Positions 15,223-16,197 of a DNA stretch of 16,197 nt are shown here, piece by piece. The DNA comes from a virus. The position numbers and the translations under genes are program-made. Each line of letters begins with the position of its first letter. Positions within the stretch are counted from its first letter, which is position 1. The DNA lies in the UHGV virus genome UHGV-1963518; one strand, 5' to 3'. The notes below the pieces were generated by a model. That model was not told the DNA's origin. It saw only the letters and a program-made list of their open reading frames with translations, and did not search any database.

Positions 15223-15657
15223 TCACAATAATAGTGTATATAATTATACATTGTATGCTTGGTAATCATATAATGATAAAAGCTTCCGATAATCAGTATG
15301 AGATTTGTCCTTAAACTCCTGGACATGCTTTTCTAAATCTTCCAATGGTATATGTCCATTTATACAAATAAAATTCTAGTGATAAATACCTTCAGGTATG
15401 ATTAGACAACATCTTTATTCGATGGGGGTTAATCTATATTTGATATCTTTCTTTTAAATAACAACGCCATTAAAAACGCTTTGTTTAATGACGTTTTTTT
15501 ATTGTTTCCTATATAAAGCCTAACCAGCATAAACATTGGTGGCTCTTATGCTCATTGTAATTAAATGAGAGTGTGATTAATGTCTTTATATATTCTGGTA
15601 GTTATTCTCTCCAGAAGAATACATTGTAAGAAGATGACTGTTAGTATGTTTTAACAT

Positions 15658-16012
15658 CAATTAACATTAAGGTTTGATAATAATTTTTTGTTGGCGAGTT
15701 CAAATGTTTTCATTTCATCATCTGATAGCCCGCTCCAGATTTTCTTTAGCATTACATTTTGAGTGTTTATTAGTTTTTGAGCAAGTGTAACTCCGTCAGG
15801 GGTTAAGCAAATACTTTTGCTTCGACGATCGTTTTTATTATTAATTCTTTTGGCAATATTCTTTTTTCTAATTTGTCTATGATGTGTGTGATGTTTGTTT
15901 TGGAGAATTGTAACTCCTTGTAAATATCAGAAGGGGACTGACAATAATCATCAGACATATATAATGAAACTAACACCATAAATGTTGAAGTGTTTATTCT
16001 ATACTCGCTCAA
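15658..16012 (-). pseudogene. MarR-family winged-helix regulator interrupted by a single-base frameshift in a homopolymer
   Basis: ORF 15803-16012 encodes ...SPSDIYKELQFSKTNITHIIDKLEKR. The adjacent frame continues INNKNDRRSKSICLTPDGVTLAQKLINTQNVMLKKIWSGLSDDEMKTFELANKKLL to a stop at 15658-15660. The two frames join across the T6 run at 15862-15867. Confidence 0.55.
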
Positions 16013-16144
16013 TTCATTTTCTATAATACTCTGGATTTTGTCATTTACTCTAATATATAAGTGTATTAACAGACTCTCCTGAGCCGGGTATGCCGGATTT
16101 TTGATTTTTTTGTGGTTTGTTATAGTTTTTAATAAATCTATATT

Positions 16145-16197
16145 TGAACCGCCCCGGGAATCCTGGAGACTAAACTTCCTGAGAAAGAGGTAAACAG
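16145..16197 (+). mobile_element. Left terminal inverted repeat and leader of an IS3-family element, IS629/IS1203-like (truncated by window end)
   Basis: TGAACCGCCCCGGGAATCCTGGAGACTAAACTTCCTGAGAAAGAGGTAAACAG matches my memory of the IS629/IS1203 left end, including the RBS just before the orfA start. The rest lies outside the window. Confidence 0.6.

Noticed and set aside
14934-15326. Minus-strand 130-aa ORF
   Set aside because: Largely antisense to the integrase fragment and matches the rejected antisense ORF 270-551 in the first copy.
1-16197. Search for the P2/P4 cos 19-mer (GGCGAGGCGGGGAAAGCAC) and for lambda-like cos (GGGCGGCGACCT)
   Set aside because: Neither was found by eye on either strand, so no cos site is annotated. 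The packaging site, if any, remains unidentified.

Overview
The window opens with the last 53 nt of a tRNA-Thr(CGU) gene (thrW-like) and then carries a complete integrative element of about 14.7 kb, bounded by direct repeats of the tRNA 3' end (39-104 and 14704-14768). Its architecture is that of a P4-like / PICI-like phage satellite: P4-type tyrosine integrase, AlpA, AntA-like antirepressor, a divergent ribbon-helix-helix regulator, six translationally coupled small ORFs, a primase/helicase with Walker A, and an iteron origin built from the P4 type-I octamer TGTTCACC. Downstream lie a FinO/ProQ-like and a PerC-like gene, a TerS-like HTH protein followed by an AAAAGTGTCAA repeat array, and an AT-rich cargo slot next to attR holding one orphan 532-aa gene, which I rank as the best candidate for an undescribed system (possibly an anti-phage nuclease). 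Right after attR comes a second, decayed element left end with an integrase fragment, then a frameshifted MarR-family gene and the left end of an IS629/IS1203-like IS3-family element. All product calls come from reading motifs and from memory; no database search was run. The host is probably E. coli or a close relative, possibly EHEC-like given the IS629-like end.
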